From Halocafeteria seosinensis (taxonomy: Eukaryota), in the NCBI GenBank assembly GCA_001687465.1, contig LVLI01000295.1:186001-250000 (forward strand): a stretch of DNA of 64,000 nt, given 5' to 3'. The notes under the pieces were generated by a model. The model ran no database searches, was not told the origin of the DNA, and was given only the letters and a program-made list of their open reading frames with translations. Of the stretch, positions 23,536 to 37,900 are shown piece after piece. A program made the position numbers and the translations under genes. Every line of letters starts with the position of its first letter. Positions within the stretch are counted from its first letter, which is position 1.

Positions 23536-25427
23536 CTAATGATTTCCTTGTGACAAGTGTTTCAATAGGTCAATACGGGTTACTACCGCTGACACAATCC
23601 GTTTTTCGTCAGGAGGAGATCCAGCACCAGAAAAGCATCTTTGCTTCTGTACGACCAACGCGAAATGATCGTAGTCAAATATTGAAGCAAGCTCAGACAA
23701 TGTTGTGTCTTGAGATACCACGCGGAACTGCTTGAATAGTGCCTTAGTAACTGGATCGTCAGCTTTTACCTTTCCACTCATCAGCTTTGATGAGAGGTTC
23801 CCTTCCGTGATTACCCCTAGAATGTCATTTTCGCGGCTTACGACAGGGATTTGGTCGTACCCCTCGCCAGCAAGCACGTGAATTGCCTCTTTACACGTTA
23901 CTTCCGGTCCGACAGTGTAAGGGATAGGCAGCGCCAACTCACTAACTCTGTGTGACGTCCACCATTCACCCTGTGCTTTGTCCTCTGGTACACCGATATT
24001 ATGTTCCGGGGAACTATATCCGTGCTTATACATCCAATCATTGCTTAGATGCTTTGTCATGTAATTACGAATACTATCTGGCAAAATGACTACACATCGC
24101 TGTCCTTTCTTGAGGCGCTTAGCCACTTGTAGCGCAGCCGCCACATTTGAACCGGATGATCCTCCGCAAAATAGCCCTTCGTCCCGTAAAAGCCTTCTGG
24201 CAGTGATGAAACTAGTCTTGTCTTCACACTTGATCCATTCGTCCACTATTGACCGGTCGAGAACTGCGCAGCATCAAACAAACATAGCATCCTCAAAACA
24301 TTATTAACATTCAAACACAAGAGTGTACCTACCATCAGGTATGAAATCGTATCCAATGCCTTCAACTTGGTACATATTTGTGTCAGTTTTGTTGAGTTCC
24401 TTTGGTTCAGCAAGTATCGAACCTTGAGGATCCACTCCAACAATATGGACACTCTTCAGCTTTTCTTTGAGTTTTCTGGCTATCCCCGTGATCGTCCCTC
24501 CAGTTCCAGCACTGCAATTTTATAACCCCAAAATACTCTCATGATGCCACCCGAGTCTCCGTGCAAGCTTAGCATGAATTTAACCTACCCAATCACCACC
24601 ATGTCAACCTGTCCATCAGTGGCTTCCAGGATTTCCTCGGCCGTTTCGTCATAGTGCGCAAGCGGGTTGGAAGGATTCTTATATTGATCCAAAATATGAC
24701 TATTAGGAATTTCCTCATTAAGCCTATTCGCTACGCTGATGTGTGACTCAGGAGAATCGTAGGCTGCCTCGTTTGGTGTTCGAATAATCTGGGCACCCAG
24801 CGCCTTGAGGATGTCTACTTTCTCCTGGCTCATCTTTTCCGGCATCGTCACGATCATCTTATAACCTTTGACAGCGGCGGTTAAAGCAAGGCCGATACCT
24901 GACACAACCGAAAGTGGCCTTCAAGTTGAATATGTAAAGGAGCACCCACCCGCTAAAACGACGTACCAGTGTTCCCAGAGGTGGGTTCAATCAGGGTATC
25001 TCCCGGCTTGATTCTCCCTGATTTCTCGGCATCCTCCACCATACGCTGCGGATGCATACAGGCACATTTGTGAACCCCACATACTCATATTGATGTGCAA
25101 TCGGAACAGCAGGGGGGAAAATGGGCATAATATGCCGCCACACCTCTACACGCCTCCAGTACTTACTCGTCCAATTCTATCCTTGACAGAACCTCCGGCA
25201 TTGAAAAACTCGCATTTGGCCAATATTTCGCACTCGACGCCTTCCTCTTGAGGGAGGCGATTCAAGCGCACCATGGGTGTTTCTCCAATGAATTGGAGGA
25301 TGGAATCGAGGATTTTGGGTCTCGTATGACGGTAATGATGATGGGGACTGGCTTCCTTGGTACCCGGATACCAAGTGCATTTCACTGGACCGTCTTCTCG
25401 ACCTTTGCGATAGTCCGTAGAGGCCAT
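23536..25427 (-). CDS. CBS: Cystathionine beta-synthase, heme-type, copy 1 (multi-intron)
   Basis: Heme motif KCTW...[22 protein letters not shown] (PLP lysine), [40 protein letters not shown]-terminal Bateman (CBS) pair. Confidence 0.95.
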
Positions 25428-26303
25428 TATATCTTGTAAATGAAGGGGGAAAATGAGGGGGAACACAACCCAAACAGTTCAAATAGCGCTCGTTTACAGC
25501 TCTCCTGCACGAAGAATGGGGCAAACTATAGCTCTCCGATGCTTTCTATCCGTTGCTGCCCTGTTGGTATGGGTATATCAACTCATATACCCTCTATGCA
25601 ATGTGTAATATTGCAGAGACAATAAATGCCCGTGCCACAGCCCTGTTGAGGTGCGGTGTCGCCGCACCTGGCACGGCTAGCCAATTACCGGGCACTTCAA
25701 CTGCGAAGATCACTGACACCAAACATGAACACCGGAACATAAAATGGAAGGCAGGAAGGAAAACCGCGCAAACAAAAGCTTGGAAACGTTTGGTAATCTC
25801 GGAACGCAATGCCGAAATTCTGCATCGTTCTGCTGCAAGGAGTACCATTTGAGGAATTCTGCCTGTTACTGGAGGAGCTACAGGGACTAACATGAGCAAA
25901 TGGAAGTATGTTCATGGATCATAGTTCATCTTTGTCCGTTACTTTTTTCGGTTCCGCGGAACGTGACAAACCTCCTTTCTTACGAAGAGATCGCTTGCCA
26001 ATCTAACAAACAGTTGCGCACCCATAATGCATTGTGCACACCGTTTGCTACGGTTATGTATGGCAACAACTCTTCGTCATATAAGTTGATAAAAAAAGAT
26101 AGCAAACTCCCTGCTTATTCCACGTTTCGACTATGCAATTGACTTTATATAGCATGGCCGTTCCGTGAACACGTGGCATGTCCCTCAAGACTGAGTCAAG
26201 AGACCACGTCAGAGCTTACACTTAACAGGAGCAATTCGGATTGTTCCACCGTTACTAGCTAACTACGAGCTCAAAATACTCTGCATATTTCAAAGCCCCT
26301 TAG

Positions 26304-28094
26304 TTACTCCTTCGAAACATAAGTTAAGAGATCAATCCGTCTAACGATGGCAGACACAGGTTCCTCCGGCCCGTCACGCACCAAAGCAAAATAGTCGTAA
26401 TCAAATATTGATGCCAGTTGAGAGAGTGTCGTCTTCCGGGAAACAACACGGAATTGCGTGAAGAGCACACGCGTTACCGAATCTTCCGGTTTTACTTTCC
26501 CGTTTCCAAGCCTCGCAACCAAATTACCTTCGGTAACAACGCCGCGAATCGCTCCATTGCTACCGAGCACTGGTACCTGTTCATAGCCTTCACCAGCCAT
26601 TAAGTCAATTACTTCCTGTATCGTCGCATTTTCTGAGATAGTACGGGGAGTTGGAAGTTCAAGTTCGTCAACGTGCTTATCCGACCACCATCTATCGGCG
26701 ACTTTGTGTTCAGGTATACCAATATTATGCTCCTCTGAAACGAACCCTAGCTTATCCATCCAGTCATCGCTAAGATGTTTGCTCATGTAGTTGCGGATAC
26801 TGTCAGGGAGAACGACGACGCATCGTTGATCCTTGGCGAGGCGCTTTGCAACCTTCATAGCCGCAGAAACGCATGAACCTGAAGAGCCTCCGCAAAACAG
26901 GCCTTCATCTCGCAGAAGCCTCCGCGCCATAACAAAACTCGAGGGGTCGTCGCACTTGATCCATTCGTCTACGGCAGAACGGTCGAGAACTGCAAGGAAT
27001 CGGGGCATGTACAGGAAGCTTTACAATACAGCAGCCGTATCGTTAGAGCCACGTACCTGTGGGAATGAAGTCGTATCCAATCCCCTCCACTTTGTAGCCA
27101 GGTACAGTGGTCTCGTTCAGCTCCGGAGGTTCAGCCAGACTAGACCCTAGCGGATCTACGCCGATAACCTGAACACCTGGAATTTTTTCTTTGAGCTTCC
27201 GGGCAATTCCGACGATGGTGCCTCCTGTCCCCACCCTGCGACGACAGTATGTTACTCCCACAGTAGGACCAACAGGTAGCGAAGGGAAGCACTGATGCTG
27301 ACATACCCAAGAACGACCATGTCAATCTTTCCATCTGTGGCCTCAAGAATTTCTTCGGCCGTCTCATCATAATGAACCAGGGGATTTGCAGCGTTCTTGT
27401 ACTGATCCAAAATATGGCTGTTAGGTATCTCCTTATGTAGACGCTCAGCCACCCCAAAAAGCGATTCTGGAGAGTCCCATGGAGTACCGTCGGGAGTTCG
27501 TACAATTTGGGCGCCTAAGGCCTTCAAAACGTCAACTTTTTCTTGGCTCATTTTCTCTGGCATGGTGATGATCATTTTGTAACCTTTGGTGGCGGCAGCT
27601 AGGGCCAAGCCGATACCTGCGTATGGGAAATGAGTGGTCCGATGACCTGCTGCTCCTTCAGAAGATGAAACGGAGGTGAGTCATACCAGTATTTCCTGAC
27701 GTGGCCTCGATAAGTGTATCTCCCGGTTTGATTCGCCCTTCTTTTTCGGCTTCTTCAACCATTCGCTGGAACTCCAACCAATGCTGGATGTTGAAGGGGT
27801 TTCAAAACACCAGGTATACTGCTCACGTACCTTGCCAATCCGGTCTTTAACTGATCCACCGGAATTAAAGAATTCGCATTTTGCCAGAACCTCACACTCA
27901 ACACCCTCTTCTTTCGGAATCCGGTTCAAGCGCACCATGGGAGTTTGACCAATGAACTGGTCGATTGAATCGAGTATTTTCGGTCTTTCTGAGCGACAAT
28001 GGGTATGAGGGCTAGGCCCAGGATGGCCAGGATACCAAGTACACTTTGTAGGACCATCCTTTCTCCCTTCACGATAGGTGCATGTGTCTCCCAT
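26304..28094 (-). CDS. CBS: Cystathionine beta-synthase, heme-type, copy 2 (tandem paralog, same intron positions)
   Basis: KCTW...[56 protein letters not shown] domains. Confidence 0.95.
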
Positions 28095-29298
28095 GTCTGT
28101 ATATCAGCAGAAACCAGTAGTTAAAGGGGACAGAGACTGCTGGCTTCCCTTTCAAAAACACCCTCCCTCGGAGAACACCACCCAGACACTATTATTCATG
28201 ATCCCATACCTCTTTTTTTTTTTTCAAATCCACAGTATCATACAGTACCTGTATATCGTTCTCTTGTGAAACAAGAGACAGTCGAAACAAAACAGGCAAA
28301 TATAGACTCGATGAACATCCTGGGCTCGTTACTGCACTGCACCGTCTGCCACAGCGTCTGGTGGTGAAGTCTTAAGAGTAGATGCAAAGTACTCCACTCG
28401 GGTGGATGCGCTTGCTCAAGAAACTTGACGAAGCAAAATAAAAAATATGGAAACGAAAAACAGATTCCTGTATTTGTTTATCTTGTCGTCGCTATGCCGT
28501 GGGCACGAAAAGCATGTAACTTCCTCGCTGCTCTCGTGAAGTGCCCATGTTCCTCACCAGTTCCCAGCTACATATGAGCTGGTCTAGAACCAACCCTAAA
28601 TAGCGATGGAAGAATGATTCATGAGGAAGAAGGAGTATAGCCCACCTATATCTCGAATCAATGTTTCATGGCTGAACAATTTGAAGCTCATGGGGGCAAC
28701 TTCCAAACTTCAGGAGATACACGGTGCTACGTGTTGAGTGCTACTTTCTGGATGCATTGATAATGGTTCCATGCTTAAAATACCCATGAATTGGCGTATC
28801 ATTGTAGCTAGTGGGTATCGATGGCACCCATGTGCCAGAGGGTTCTCTGTAAGTATGCTTCACAAAACATGACAGTGGTATTCTGGATGAAACGCCACTA
28901 ACAATTCCTTTGTTGCGTCGTCGCCATTCACAAGCCCATTCCATGGAACCCCTCGTAATTGTAGCTTGGTAACTTTTCCGAGTTTTTTTGCTTTTGTTGG
29001 GACACAGGTAAAAGCTACCTTTAGTCCGTGGATTCCGTGGGCAGATCTTGAAGCAGAAGCAGGCATCACGGGTGACGCTATACCTGCGACAGGAATACCG
29101 GCAAGGCTCAGTCTGGGAGGAGACGGCCCTGTGCCTGCTACAGCAAAGCCAAGATCGGTTGCAGCAGCGCAGTTAAGGTTAAGCGTTGGCCCAGACGTAG
29201 GGTTGTAGCCATTGACATGCAGCCACCTAACGTGGAAGGTGGCTCAACATAGCCCAGATTTTAGTACATCTCCTGCTTGACCTCAAAACAAAGAGTTA

Positions 29299-30180
29299 TC
29301 AGCAATCGTCGATCCTCTCGATATGGTTGCCTAGGCGGAGCCCCTTGTCGCAGATCTCTTCGCGATCTGAGTCCATAGCAAGCTGCGTTAAACTGGACAA
29401 ATGTGCCAATGCTTCATTAGTGATGGTGGACTGGGAGCAACATATGAATGTTAGGCCCTGTAGTTTTAGTAGATGCCGGAACGCCGAATCAGTGATAGAT
29501 AGTGGGCAGGGGATTCAGATCAAGGCTGGTCAAGTTTGAGCAGCGACTAAACGCTTCTTTAGATATCATAGTTGCATCTGACCAATGATCCAATATCGTT
29601 CCGGAGCGGGCAGAATGCCACCATGTACAGTCTTCGAGGAATCGCAAATACCTGAGTGATTTATCGCAATACTGACGTTCCCCTGTCCGAAACGAACGTA
29701 GAGCCTCTGCAAATTAGTAAGCCAAAGCGAAAGCCTCATCGCTAATCCCGTCGGTCTCATCAGCTCCCAAAAAGTTATAAAGGGGCAATTCTTTCAATTT
29801 ACTCGAATGACGAAACGTATCATTCGAGAAATTCGAATTGCTGCCATCAAGCCGGTCTTTTAGCCACGTCAGATTCGACATGGAGGGAACAGGTAATCTC
29901 CTACCACTGGTAGCTTTGTAAATTCGTGTCCCGAAGAAATAGTTAGTCTTTGCAAATTCGACAAAAAGAGAGAGAGAGATATCCAACGCGAGTAGTCTGT
30001 AGCATTTTCTGGCGCTCCGACTTCACGGGTGTCGCACTCCTTGGATCAATTCCTCACTTACTTTGCGGCATCGAATGCGATTTTGAGATCCTCCTCGAGC
30101 AATTAAATTGACTCAATTAGCTTTGCGACGCTTGTCTTCCCCGTGTTCAGTCACTTCAGTGGTCCACTGACAGTGGGTGC
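29299..30180 (-). pseudogene. Frameshifted leucine-rich-repeat gene, possibly F-box/LRR
   Basis: Across frames: MSNLTWL..., FSNDTFRHSSKLKEL, ISDEAFA/LTNLQRLYV, ISKEAFSRCSNLTSLDL, ITDSAFRHLLKLQGLTFICCSQSTITNEALAHLSSLTQLAM. Frameshifts near 29725 and 29510, plus stops near the 5' end. Confidence 0.7.
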
Positions 30181-30183
30181 CGT

Positions 30184-30553
30184 TGTTGGGGATATATCGT
30201 AAGCTTTCGCGCCCCCGGTTCGATACAGGTGATCGCGTTCTGTCACGAGAAACATCAGGTTTATTTGCCGTCTGACGGCAACTCAGGCGCTCGCGCTGGG
30301 CTCTGCAAGTCGCCCACACGCCTGTGCAGGCGTTGTCCGTTCACTCGCGATCTATTGAACAGACTAGCGGGTGCACGTGTACACTATCTCCAACTCTTTC
30401 CCTTGACTGGAGTGGATCCCAGCCTGGATTCCCAGGATTCCACTTGAGGTTGGAGCCACGGTCCCGACCGTGTACGTTGCAGGGCCGGACACTTTCCCGG
30501 ACACAAATCTTGAAGGTGGGCGGCGACGGCCGCGGACACGCCACGTTTTGACA
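30184..30553 (-). mobile_element. Putative solo LTR (370 bp)
   Basis: Minus strand starts TGTCA and ends CCCAACA, with AATAAA ~76 nt before the end. Flanks gccgt / gtcgt (5-bp TSD with 1 transition). Confidence 0.6.
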
Positions 30554-30851
30554 GTCGTATCCTGTATGTAATAGTATAGATATTCATATCAGGACCATCT
30601 TAATTTGTTCTTTAGGCAGCTGACAACACTCTTGTGGTGGATTGGGCCTTTTGGGAGTGGACACGGGAGCAAAACCAGGTGAACAAGAGCGTGGAAGAAA
30701 GAGGAAATTCTCCTTGTTTCACGCCCTATTTGACTCTATTTAACAACATATAGAGCCTCTCTACGTCAAATACTGGATACATACACTTGTGCTAGTGTAT
30801 TCTTCGCGACCAGAGTGCGACGAACGGTGCATATACGTACTACAGTAGTAA

Positions 30852-31854
<1,003 letters not shown>

Positions 31855-31933
31855 AACGTTCTAAAAAGGCTCTGAAAGTGCGTTTACTAGTGGGATAACT
31901 ACTTTATCGGAGTTTGTCGCTCTTCAATGACTG

Positions 31934-34900
31934 TCAATCATCAAATCGGTGTCTTCTCACAGTTGTTGTTACGGGTTTGGCCGTGTTTTGTTCTATTCTA
32001 GCCCTGGTGATTTTTGCGGACCTTGCTCGCTTCAAACTCACACCATACGAGTTTCTGTCCGGCGGGGGAGGCATTCTGGCCTTGATCATTTTATGTTGAA
32101 CTTTCCGGGGTAGGACAGTAGCTTTCCTCTTTTGTCTCTTCTTGATTCTACGAGCAAATAGCACGGCACCCACCACTAGGCTTGCAACTACAATACCAAT
32201 GCCTCCAAGCATAAGATACTCCTTTTCAATAGTAAATGGCTCACTCACTGACGATGGCTTCCGCGGTACGGCAGTACTTGACGGAGAAGCTTTTGCTGAA
32301 GGTATGTGACTCGGAGATGGAAAAGTTGGTGGACGATTTGGCAAGAACTTTTCCTCAATTTTTGCCACTACTAAACCACCGATACCAGGGCTTCGCTCTG
32401 TGTCAACAAAGACCTGTGCTGTGTTAGGGAGAGAAGCCTGCAGTCCCTGCACAAGGCTGATATACGTGCTACATTCCATGGTAGATTGTTTTTGGACCAA
32501 CAACAGCTGAATTTCCTCCCGGGAAGGGAAAACCTTTAACTGTGGATGCCGGTTGAGCTCCTCACTCGTTAATACCGTGGGGATCACGAACTCGACGTGG
32601 TAGAGGTCTTGTCCCTGTATTGCGCTTGCGCTGGCACAGTGCGGTTCAAATTGCGCTGTCCACGAAGACAGCACAGACGGTACATATTGGACTGCTATCC
32701 TCACTAAATGGTTGTTGACTCGACCTATCCCCATATGTTCTGCAATCTCGCCCTGCATCAAACGAATTCCCTCCGTGGTGGTCCAAAAGTCAACACCCGC
32801 TCCAACGAAGCCGAAGCGGAATAGTACGAATGCCTGTCCTTCCACAAAGTCTGCCACTCGGTTTGGAGCAGTTGTTGTTGTAGGTGTGACACTAGTAGTA
32901 CCTGACTGGCTAGGAGTAGGAGTCACAGAAGGCGTGGGAGTTGTCGTCGGAGCTGATAAAATGCAGCTACCGTTAAACGAATGAATGTACCCAGGGATAC
33001 ATCTACAAGTTCCGTTAAGGCATTCCTGGTAGGGTTGGCAAAGAAATGGACACTGGAAATAGTCATCACCGGACGGAGCGTCGAAACGAAAGAGTCTAAA
33101 GCTTGTAGTCAACCCAAGATTAAACACAAGGTCAAACACAGTACCACTGGCCCCAGGGCTTTCGGAAAGTATGAAAGTCCTATGCTCCTGAAATAGTATT
33201 GAGCGTAATGTCTCCGTAAATCTGTCAAAACTCCTATCATCAACATTCGACGCATTGGAACCCGGAAGAAACCCCAATTCCACAATAACTCCGTCTTTTG
33301 GTACGAAGTGGATTCTTCCACTTGGGGGCACGGTGGGTTCACTAACACCAAGCGGCACGTCTCTTACACGTAACAGGCGTGTAAATGCAGATCTGACCAG
33401 CAAATCCTCGAAATGGGAGACAAGGGTGGCCTCGAAGGAGCTAGTCAAGTTTGCCATGCTGTCTCTTCTTGAGGTCATCAGCATAGACACCCTGATATAA
33501 GAAGACCCTACAATGCTCTGTTTCGATCCGCAAGGGCTTGTAATACGAAGTCTCTGGTTCCAGCCGGACCACACAACTCTACCTCCACTTAAATTAACGC
33601 GCAAGAATGCAGGATTCTTGTATCCCGTTACTACAGTTAAATTGTTGCAACCTTGGAGCGATCCAACCTCATATCTCCATCGTGTTACAAACGATTCATG
33701 TCGAATAATTTCCACCACCGAGTCCATCGGTACGAGTAGTTGGGAATATCCACTGAACATATGGGCCTTAACGCATCGGGTATTTCCGATAGGGGCGGCC
33801 GAGATACAACCAGCTATTTCTTCAGAAACATTTGGAGCCATGCATTCGCTCAGAAGCACACTCACAGTGATAATAGTATCTCCACAGTGCAGAAAGTCAC
33901 TAACACTTAGTTGTGACGCCGTACATTCCAATCGCGGATTCAGCGACACAGCTGCTGCCAGATCCTTGTGCACGAGTTTCATGTTTGCTCCAAGTACGTC
34001 CAGTAAAACGTTGGTCGGAGGAAACCTGGCCTCCCACCCCTTGATGACCATGTCTACAAAGCTCAATTCGGTTTCCCCCACGATGATGTATGTTAGCGCT
34101 GTTGAAGCCGCACCGATTTGGTAGATCGGCGACCGGGATTGCGCCACTGTCAAAATCTCATTTTCCCGGAACACCAAGGTGCGCTGTTGAATCAAGTCCT
34201 CGTTGGGGCACAGTTTAGGCAAACTGGTGGACACCGGCATGTCTTTTATCACAAAGAACGTAGCCGGAAAGCAAGAACAGGAATCACTTGTGGTACAGCA
34301 GGCGCTCTCCCGCAAACTAATATTTTGAAGTGTTGAGATGAAAGCTTTCAGCGATGGCTCGATAAGAAGCTCGACTCCAGTCTCGCTAGCCCCTATTTGT
34401 GAATTACGAAGACTGACTTCCTTCTGGGTGCCAACAATTTGAACTCCCGTTTCTCTTACATACTGCACTCGAAGACGGCCCCTTCTCAAGCAACCACTAG
34501 TACCGTTCTGCATGCCAATGACTTTCCAACCCATCCTGGCACTCTCGACTAGAATGCCTTCCGTAAATGGATCGCCAACCCAGGAATTGTCGCATGGCCC
34601 TTTCTCGTTCAACGCCACTGCGACGTCCACACTGTCAACGAACAAGAGCTGGTTGACATTCATCAATTTGGATATATTAACGCTGAGCTCCATGTCGCAG
34701 CCGAAACTCTCAGTGTCACTCCAAAGTCTTCGAGTTGCGACGACAAGGCTACGAGAAAATTGTATTCTCCCTTGGAGATCTTCGAGTTGTTGAAAATGGA
34801 TAGCATCTCCTCTCGTGAAAGCAATTATAGATGCCTCCATCAAGAAGGTTGCGGTAGAAGGAATACTCACAGCAACACCGAATGAATTCGAGATTGTCAC

Positions 34901-37900
34901 ACCCTGTAACTTAATGGTACTCCCGGAAAAAACCGTAAGTCCGGGATAGAGCCCAGTGCCTAAACCTTGTATGTCTACCTGCTCTAAATCGAGTTTCGAT
35001 GAGGCATCTGTTGTTTCCATAACTGCGCAGCCTGATTGTGCCTGCCCAAGAGGGCACACTGCCCTCATTTCAATAGTTCGCGAAAGCAAATAGACTTCGG
35101 TGTAGTCACTTTCGGAGAATGTACAATGTGAGTACTCTAGCGTACCAGTGACCAGAGCAAACCTTCCCTCTATACTCTTGATGGTTAGTTGCTCTGAAAT
35201 GTTGTATCCCTCATGAGATCCGTACAGTATGATGATGTTGCCGGCTGACCACTCGACATCACGGTCCAACTCTAGTTGATTTGTACCATTAACACTACAA
35301 CCAACTAATACAGCCCTCTGGGATGAAATCGCCCCTCCTGTCATTCTCATCTCACCCCCAACGGACACTCTGGAAGGATGTATCGCAGAGCCTCCGTGTA
35401 TCTCAACAATGGCTTTTCGGGAAAATGGCATCGGCGATGTTCCAATTTGAAAGACTCCAAAAATATGCAGGGTTTTGGTTCTCAGTTTATACTCGCTGAG
35501 AGATCCATCTTCTTCAAAGAACAGTATTCCGTGAACCTTTAACTCTGCAAGCACGGGAGTTTCTTTGACGTCCATCATCACTACCTGATCGCTTGGCACT
35601 ATAACAGTGGAGTCCGTTGTCGGCTTGCCATCGGGTGGCCAGGTAGAAGCAGAGGACCACCTTTTCATGCGGGCCAGCTGCTCCGGTAACAGGGATCCAA
35701 AGCATGAGGCACCCACACAGGGCTCCACCCGTATTCGTACAGTGCACAATTCCCCATCCTTGTTAACAATACCGACGGATACAGTTCCCCTCGGAACATC
35801 CCGATAGATCGCGCCACAGCCATTGCTTAGAGAAGGAGGGCGTAAAGAGGAGGATACCGGTGGAGGATGCCATTGAATACCACGCAACACCTCTGGTACG
35901 TATTTTAAGGTTCGTTTCGACCTCACTGTAATATACACCCCTGTGGGGTTTACCAAACCATGTATTCCTGTAATCACCAGTTCATCCCAATGCTCATTTC
36001 CAAGCGCGACATCGTACGCTAAGGAATCAGCGACGGTGATGTTATAAGCTACAACGTCACCCGAAACTTCTGTAGCCGCGACTGTAGAGGAACGAGAGAA
36101 TTCCAAATCCGTTTGAGGTCCCATAAAGCGTCTTATCGTAGATGGTTCTCTGGATTGCAAAGCTGTTTTGGTCAAAGAAACTATCACTTGACCTAGTTCC
36201 GAACTGCACACTTGCGTGGTTGGCTGCCCAAACGATAGCTCGGCAACATGCCTGCATCTCGTAGGTTCCGCAAGATACTCAATTGGGCGGGACATCCACA
36301 GAGGTCCAGGTGTAGAGTCATTTAAGTGTCCTATAAAACTACCGGTAGGATCTTCAATTATTGAATCATCTACAGTCCACTTGATATCTCGTATGCTNAC
36401 GTTTTGCATTATCGCCTTCCTTCGCACGAATGGATCCATAATTGCTGGCTCCAGAACCATGCTGGATTTCCCGCAAATTCTACCAGGGAAGAAATTTACA
36501 TTGGTAAACAACAACTCGCTTGAGGAAGGAACTGTAGCACCAACGTGTTCATCACTTTCCGAGTAAAAGATTGTGTCTAACAATCGAATGCTAGAACTGT
36601 TCATCACTTCGGGGGATAGGCCTCGAAATCTGACAGAGCCAATTGAGGCAGACATACTGGTATCTTCAATACTCAACTCATCAATATCCTGGACTATGAC
36701 GCAGAATTGTTGATGTGAGAAATAAGAGCCGTCCAAATGAAGGTAAAAACGCCCTTGCTTGGCTACAATGTCATTTCGCATGAATATGACTCCGGCAAAA
36801 CCATTCTTTGTGACACGCAAACCCCGTAAAGATATCTCCCGAGATTCGCTCGTGTCTACGGGGAACAGTACTTGTTCTTCAAGTAAATCAGCTACAATCC
36901 CAGCACCGTCAAAGTTCAGTATAGAGATATGACTCACTACGACCCCGGAGGTATGCGAGTCAATGCCTTTACTGGTTAGTGTCTGGGCCTCCGCAAGATT
37001 GGCGAAGAGAGTATCTGCAAACTTGATATGATGGCTATCGGGATCAAGAATCTCAACTGCATCGTTCGTAAAAGTAATTACAAACAAGCTATTCAATATA
37101 GCGATATTACTGCTCTGAGATAGGACAAGTGCAGAGTTCACTGCTGTGAATACAACGCCGGTTATTGTAGAGCTATGACTGTGGTGCTGAGCAATTCGCA
37201 AGCCAGCTGCATCGCCGTGGGTTCGGATCCGGACACCGGTAAGGCTCAGACGAGAATTGTTACTTGCTTGTATATCTCCATCGATTGTGATGTCACGGGA
37301 TATGAGAAAAACAACTTTTGGAGCGAACTCAACGAAATCGAGTGCAATGTCGGTAGCTGACAAAACTGCTGTTACAGAACCGTTTGCGAGCCTGTCCTCC
37401 CCCGATACCATGAGCACCTCGGCTCCTATCCGGAGACCATCTGTACTTTGCAGGGAAACGATTGAAGAGCTTAAATTTGTATTGGTCACGGTGTAAAGTG
37501 TTTGATAGGGAGACAGAAGATGGATGTGACCATCGTTTACTTCCAAGTGGACGGGGCGGGAAGCGCTGCCAATAGTGAGTGGCCAGTTGCGGAAACACGG
37601 AGAAAAGCCCGAACTCATCAGTGATCCAGGCTCAAGAAAAATATAGTCCACATCCAGTGTAATAGCTCTTTCATCGGATATTAGTAGTATTCCGTAAACG
37701 CGAAGCGTCGACAGCGCCACTGCATCAACGTCCAATAAAAGTATTTCATTTTTTTTGACAACGAACGAGTCTTCTCGTTCCGGCAAACGTCCATTCCATT
37801 GGGAAACATCAGACCATCGACGGAAGTCAGAAGGAGGCAAGACCACGTAGGGTGCTTTGCTAAGTTTAAACAACGTAAATCTCGCCCGGTTCAATATATG

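Noticed and set aside
25450..26290. Short ORFs between the two CBS genes
   Set aside because: No recognisable motifs, terminal repeats or TSD. Treated as intergenic.
30205..30240. GGTTCGAT B-box / tRNA T-loop-like motif
   Set aside because: The T-stem pairs poorly and no cloverleaf can be built.
30241..30553. Alternative element boundary with perfect TGTCA...TGACA ends
   Set aside because: The flanks (cgttc/gtcgt) give no TSD. The 30184 boundary gives a 4/5 TSD and a plausible U5, so it was preferred.
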